Shown here piece by piece: positions 59,101 through 64,000 of a stretch of DNA of 64,000 nucleotides (the first letter of the stretch is position 1; every line of letters starts with the position of its first letter). The notes below the pieces were generated by a model, which was not told where the DNA came from, ran no database searches, and saw nothing but the letters and a program-made list of their open reading frames with translations. The stretch lies in the NCBI RefSeq assembly GCF_009914755.1, contig NC_060927.1; one strand, written 5' to 3'. Origin of the DNA: the human T2T-CHM13v2.0 reference genome, Homo sapiens. A program made the position numbers and the translations under genes.

Positions 59101-62100
59101 CACTTTACCAGGCAGTTACAAGGACCTGATGAGCTAATGCGAAAACCTTAAGCTGTCACTACAGCCTCAAGGGCAGGGGTCATTTGAGACAGAGGGCACA
59201 GAGAGGGCGGATGCCCACGCGGGAGCCTGAGCCACAGCAGGGAGGCCAGCGTGGCTGGATCCCACTCAGTAAGGGGAAGAGACAGGTAAGCACATTGTGT
59301 GGGTCTATGGGCCAGAACGAGAAGCTTGAATAGAAACTGAAGCACAGCAAAGTACACTTAAAGGCCTCAGAAGGTAATGAGCTCCCCATGGCAGGAAGTA
59401 TGCAAGTTACAATAGTGGGCGGAGGGGATTCCAGCTCTGAGAAACTTAGAATAGTGCCCAGCATACAGTGAGTGGTCAGTAAATACGCCATCTCACCATC
59501 ATCATCGTTACCCTTCCAGTCCTGTCCAGACCCAGCTGCCCCAAAGCGGGGTCCATCCTCCCTCCTGACTGCTGTAAGGAGCTGCAGGGGCTCCCTCTCA
59601 GTTGAAGACTATCACCACATTAAGAGACACAAGCAGACTGGGCACATCCCCAGGGTTTCAAGATCCCTGAAAGCCAGCTGAGGACTCCCCGCATCCTCAG
59701 AAAAGCAGCCCTCCCTAGAGGCCGGTGTCCTCAGCTCCCAGCCGAACAGCGCCTCTGCCATGAGTTACCCCACCAGGGCCAGACCCACTCCAGGGGACCT
59801 TGGGGGAAGCTGGAGGAGCCCTCAGGAAGCCCGGGGCATGGCTGGCAGCAGGGACAGCTCCTGGGGGCAGTGCCACTGTGATCTCACTGGGCCAGGCAAC
59901 CACTACACCTTCTCTTGCCAAGTGGGTCCTGGGCAGCACGACCAGTGCCAGGGCTCAGATGTGTCAGAGCTGAATCCCCTCCACAGGTCCCCACTCTCTC
60001 ATGTACACCCCCTGCCATGAGGAACTCATTACCTCCTGAGGCCACTGTATAGAGAACTAAGATCTGCCTCACTGAGATACACTTTGGGCTGAGGGGCCTA
60101 TCAGCTCTCTGGCCCTAAGATATCCAGGAAGAAGGCTGGCCTTGGATGAGGACCACACCTGCCCTCCCCATCACCCTACCCAGCCTCACGGCATCTAGAG
60201 GAGCTACTTGCCAATGGTCGACTATGGCCAGGAGACGGCGCTGAAACCTGAGCCCGACTAAGGAGTCCAGACTGGTGCTTGGAGGGAGGTTTCCCTGCCT
60301 CTCTGCAGCCCCTGCCCGCCCTCACCAAGAGGAGAGTGCATACAGGGTCCCTGGGAGTAGGGGGTCCCTTCACAATAGGCACCACCCTCTTGGGGGCTGG
60401 AGAGAATGCCTTCAGGGTTCCTCCTCAGAAACTGCCTTGTATGAGTTTGTATCCTTATGATGTACAAACAACAAGGAGGCCGCTGTGGAGCCCTGCACGC
60501 CTGCCCTGGGCTGCAAAGGGCTAGCCCTCCACTCTGCAGACAGGAAACTGAGGTTTGGAGGGGGACCACCCCAAAGGCACATGACAAGTTAGTGGCTGAC
60601 CCAGGTGTAGGCTCAAGACCACAGCCCCCACATACCTGTGCCCTCGCCTTCTCTGCACAAGTTTCCTGCTTCAATCAAGAGCACTCCTGGCCCTTCTCTC
60701 GGCTCCTCTAACCTCCTATGCAGTGTACTTGCTGCTGTGTCCTCCTCTCACAAGCAACCTGTCAGCCATGCACCCACTCGGCAGGCCTAGGTACAAAGCT
60801 CAGAGAGGTGGGGACTCCAGGATGGAGACCTTGTGAGGCCCCAGGGTGGGCTCTCACAGAAGCCTCTCCGGTCTGTCTGAATGGGGTGGGAGACAGGACA
60901 GAGTGATGTCCTCACTCAGGAGGGGCCTCCATAAACCTAGACACTGTTCAGGAAAATTCCCTTCTCTGGCCAGATTGGCACTCAATGGAAAGGTGGCACC
61001 AGTGCCACAACATACATTCCACTCACAGCTCCCTGACCACAGCTCAGCCTCACTGGCCAGAACCTCTGCCCCAGACAACTCTCAAGAGCTCTCAGAACCA
61101 GAGTATGGTCAAGAAAACAAAAGCTGCAAACTGCTCCCCGGGTGTTGCACCCACACATAACACATGCACACACAGGCAGCCACACATGGTGCACAAACAC
61201 CTAAGACATGTATGTGTGCAAACACATATGGTCACACGGCACAGACAGACACAAAGAAAGCAAGATGCATACACATGTGGGTGTGCACACACACAGCCAC
61301 ACACCTGCTGGCGAGGCCCAGGCCTGTATACACCCACAGGGATACAGATGAGTGTGCCCCGTCTCACACACGTAGCAGCAGCCACAGCAGCAAAGATTTG
61401 GAATGTGCCAACAGCACACAGCGCCCCCCAGGCAGGCCAGAGATTCCTTTGGGATGGGCATCAGGAACTGCAGAGGGCTGGCTCTGGCACCCCGGAGCAC
61501 ATGAGCTCTTCGCAAGCAGCCTACATTTCAGGAAAAGGTGGACAGCCACTCCCAAGGAGGTTGAGCAGCACCCGGTGCTCAGGGAAGGGTGCTGGGTAAC
61601 CCTGGTTGGGAGACTACCAGTTACCATTTGAGGCCTGATTTCCCCACTGCCATGCAGACCAGACAGCCTGGGTTCTGCCACCTGTGACAGCACCACCAGC
61701 TGGCCTAGCCTCCCTCTGGGTTGGCCTTTGCAGCCTCCCAAACATGCTTCCACGTCCCCAGGGAGGAAGCATAGGCGAGGCCCAGCCCACGTGTCCAGAG
61801 ACATCTGTGAATGAAGCTAGTCCCACTGGTTGGGGAAGCAGCATTTTCAGGATGTGACCTCTCGAATCCGGCCTCTGGGTTCAAATCCCATTCACAAAGC
61901 AGAGTGACCTTGGGCAAGTACCTGGCCAGTCGGAGCCCTAGTGTCCTGTGATGTAAGTTGGGAGTGATGGTGGTACTTACCCTGTGGGGCTGTGGGCCCA
62001 AAGGGAGCCGCTGCCTGGCCCCTAGACCGCACTCATCCTTCCTCGCCAGCCCCTCAATCCCCACCCTTGTCAGACTGGATGGGGAGACCCAGCTGGCAGC

Positions 62101-62347
62101 ACAGGCCAGTGAAGCCTTACCTGGCCATCAGGAAACTGGACACCAGTTGGCTTCCGGCTTCAGGAACCAGGAGGACCAAGGAAGCCTCCAGGCAACTGTG
62201 CCAGCTCTGGGCCTGCACCCGCCTGCCCCTCCCTCCCCTCCCTCATCTACCTTCTGTTAATGGTGGAAAATGGCCCTGCTGCACACCCAAGTAAGCAGAC
62301 ATGAGTGGCTGTGCTCACTGCCCAGGCCTGTCACTCGCTATACTGAC

Positions 62348-63429
62348 CTCCAGCCGCAGCCTGGCCAGGTGCAGGCGAAGGGCTTCTCACCCGTGTGCCG
62401 GCGCAGGTGGGCCTTGAGGTGGCTGCTTTTGGTGTACATCTTGCTGCAGCCAGGGAAAGTACATTTGTGCATTTTGATGAGTTCTGCGGCTGGGTTCTTG
62501 GGGAACTTCTGGCCCATGAGGAGACCGGCAGGGCCAGGCCCCAGGGGTCCCGATCCAACAGGCTTGGCGGCAATGGGCACAGGGGCAATGCGCACAAACT
62601 TGGAGGGCAGGTTCAAGTTGGAGGAGGGTACCACCTGGGGCACGAGTGCGAAGGTCTGCCCCTGGATGTTGACCAGGAGCTGGGCAACCTTGACATTCTC
62701 TGGGGCTTGCCCAGGGGAGGCAGGCCCTGTGCCCGATTCCTGCTTCACAGGCACGGGCTGGATCTGCAGCAACACTGGGATGGGGCCATCAGGCGTGGGG
62801 CCCCCACCTGGGCCCTGGGCACCTCCTGCACTGGCACCACCTGGTGGAGGGGAACAGCGCTCTCTCCCGCTGGACCCAGGATGGAGGTGGCTCTTGTGTG
62901 GCCCAGCTGAGAGCTGGCTGCAGGCATCCAAGTCCTTGCTGTTGCCCTCAGGGACCTCCTTGACTCCAGGCTCCATGTTCTCCTCCAGAAACTCTTCAAT
63001 CTCCTCCAGGGTAGGCTGGAAGGGCCGTGGGACGTCATCAGGATCACCCAAAGGAAACTCGGGCAAGCAGAAATGCTCCCCCTTCACAGGGGCCGCTGCC
63101 CTTCGCCAGGGCCCCCAGGCCACGGGGCCACTGCTGGCCCCAATGCTACTGCCGCTGCCCCCGCCACTGCCCAGCGTGGCCTGGGACAATAGGAAGTCCA
63201 AGATGCTGTCCTGGCTCTCGGTGCCCAGGCCTCCACCATAGCAGGAGCAGAGGGCTTGAGAGTCGGGACTGGAACAGGAGCAGGGGCTGGAGGCATCGCT
63301 GTCATCTTCAGAGACGGGTGAGGGCAGCATGTGATATGCCCGCCGGCCAACCAGCCTATCACCCAGATACCCAACTGGGCATTTTGGCGACGAGAAGTTC
63401 TCGTCCACTGGAAGTAAGTGGTCCACCAT
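62348..63429 (-). CDS. KLF15: Kruppel-like factor 15, first coding exon (exon 2): Met1 through zinc finger 1 and the first half of zinc finger 2
   Basis: Translation [20 protein letters not shown]...[40 protein letters not shown] matches KLF15 as I recall it. ATG at 63429-63427. Acceptor ttcctttcctgcAG at 63456-63455 (exon starts 63454). Donor AG|GTcagt at 62347-62346. Coding length 1082 nt (phase 2). Confidence 0.98.
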
Positions 63430-64000
63430 GCTGGCCTGGCCGTGCCGGTGGCGGCTGCAGGAAAGGAACACAGGAGGCCTGGTCAGAAGGACAGTGCTCA
63501 CCTGCCACCTCGCAGGCCTCTGACCCCACCCTCAGCTGCCTGCCCACAGCCTCCTATTGCCAAACGCCTGGATCCTGCTTCCATCCCCCAGGAGAGCTGT
63601 GCCTGCAAGAGTGTTTTCTGAAATTGCACCACCTGTTTGCAAAAGAGACCTCTCCAAGCCCATTGCATAACCAGGGGCACTTCTGGTTTCAAACAGATTT
63701 TCCAGAATTATCCTGGAAAATAGCACATATGTCTGTGAACAACTGAGTATGGGTGAGTATGAGAGAAGGGCATGCGCGAGGAGGCTCTCTGGACCCCAGG
63801 AGGGCCAAAGCCCTGAATCAGCCCACCGTCAACATCATAGGAGTCACTGTACATCTGAGGACTCCTGACCTCAGCTTCACGCCTGTTGAGTCACAGAATG
63901 GGGGTAGAACAGCCATTTGCCCTCTGACCCTCATGTTGCTGAGGCTTCCAGAGGGTTGCCAGATTACGCAAATAAAAATACAAGCCAACAGTTACATTCG

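Noticed and set aside
62338-62347. Truncated KLF15 isoform ending ...WRSV* by intron read-through
   Set aside because: This is simply the ORF running past a strong donor; no evidence for intron retention or a nearby poly(A) site.
63430-63501. 24-aa N-terminal extension of KLF15 in the ORF track ([10 protein letters not shown]...)
   Set aside because: It starts at a non-ATG codon within intron 1 and crosses the exon 2 acceptor at 63455; the real start is the ATG at 63429.
62270-63746. Long + strand ORFs (323 aa and 239 aa) opposite KLF15 exon 2
   Set aside because: Antisense shadows of a GC-rich coding exon, with no recognisable domain.

Overview
Primate, almost certainly human, genomic DNA: the 3' part of KLF15 on the minus strand plus about 53 kb of repeat-rich downstream intergenic sequence. 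The whole 416-aa KLF15 CDS is present in two exons (63429-62348 and 54395-54227), followed by a ~1.1-kb 3'UTR; the non-coding first exon lies beyond the window. The intergenic part holds Alu, L1, L2/MIR, MaLR/ERV1 solo LTRs, hAT (MER58) fragments, microsatellites and a 26-bp G-rich minisatellite. The main find is a 5'-truncated L1HS-Ta insertion carrying a ~1.8-kb 3' transduction (33411-36884, 13-bp TSD, its own AATAAA and poly(A), and a triple A-tract tail suggesting serial transduction). About 5 kb away, in inverted orientation, is a full-length L1PA2-type element with intact ORF1, a single nonsense codon in ORF2 and a 5'UTR deletion that rewrites ORF0. The two L1s share non-consensus substitutions, suggesting gene conversion or an assembly artefact. 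No prokaryotic-type system, CRISPR array or credible new protein-coding gene was found. Repeat subfamily names come from recalled consensus sequences and were not checked against a database; old-repeat boundaries are approximate.
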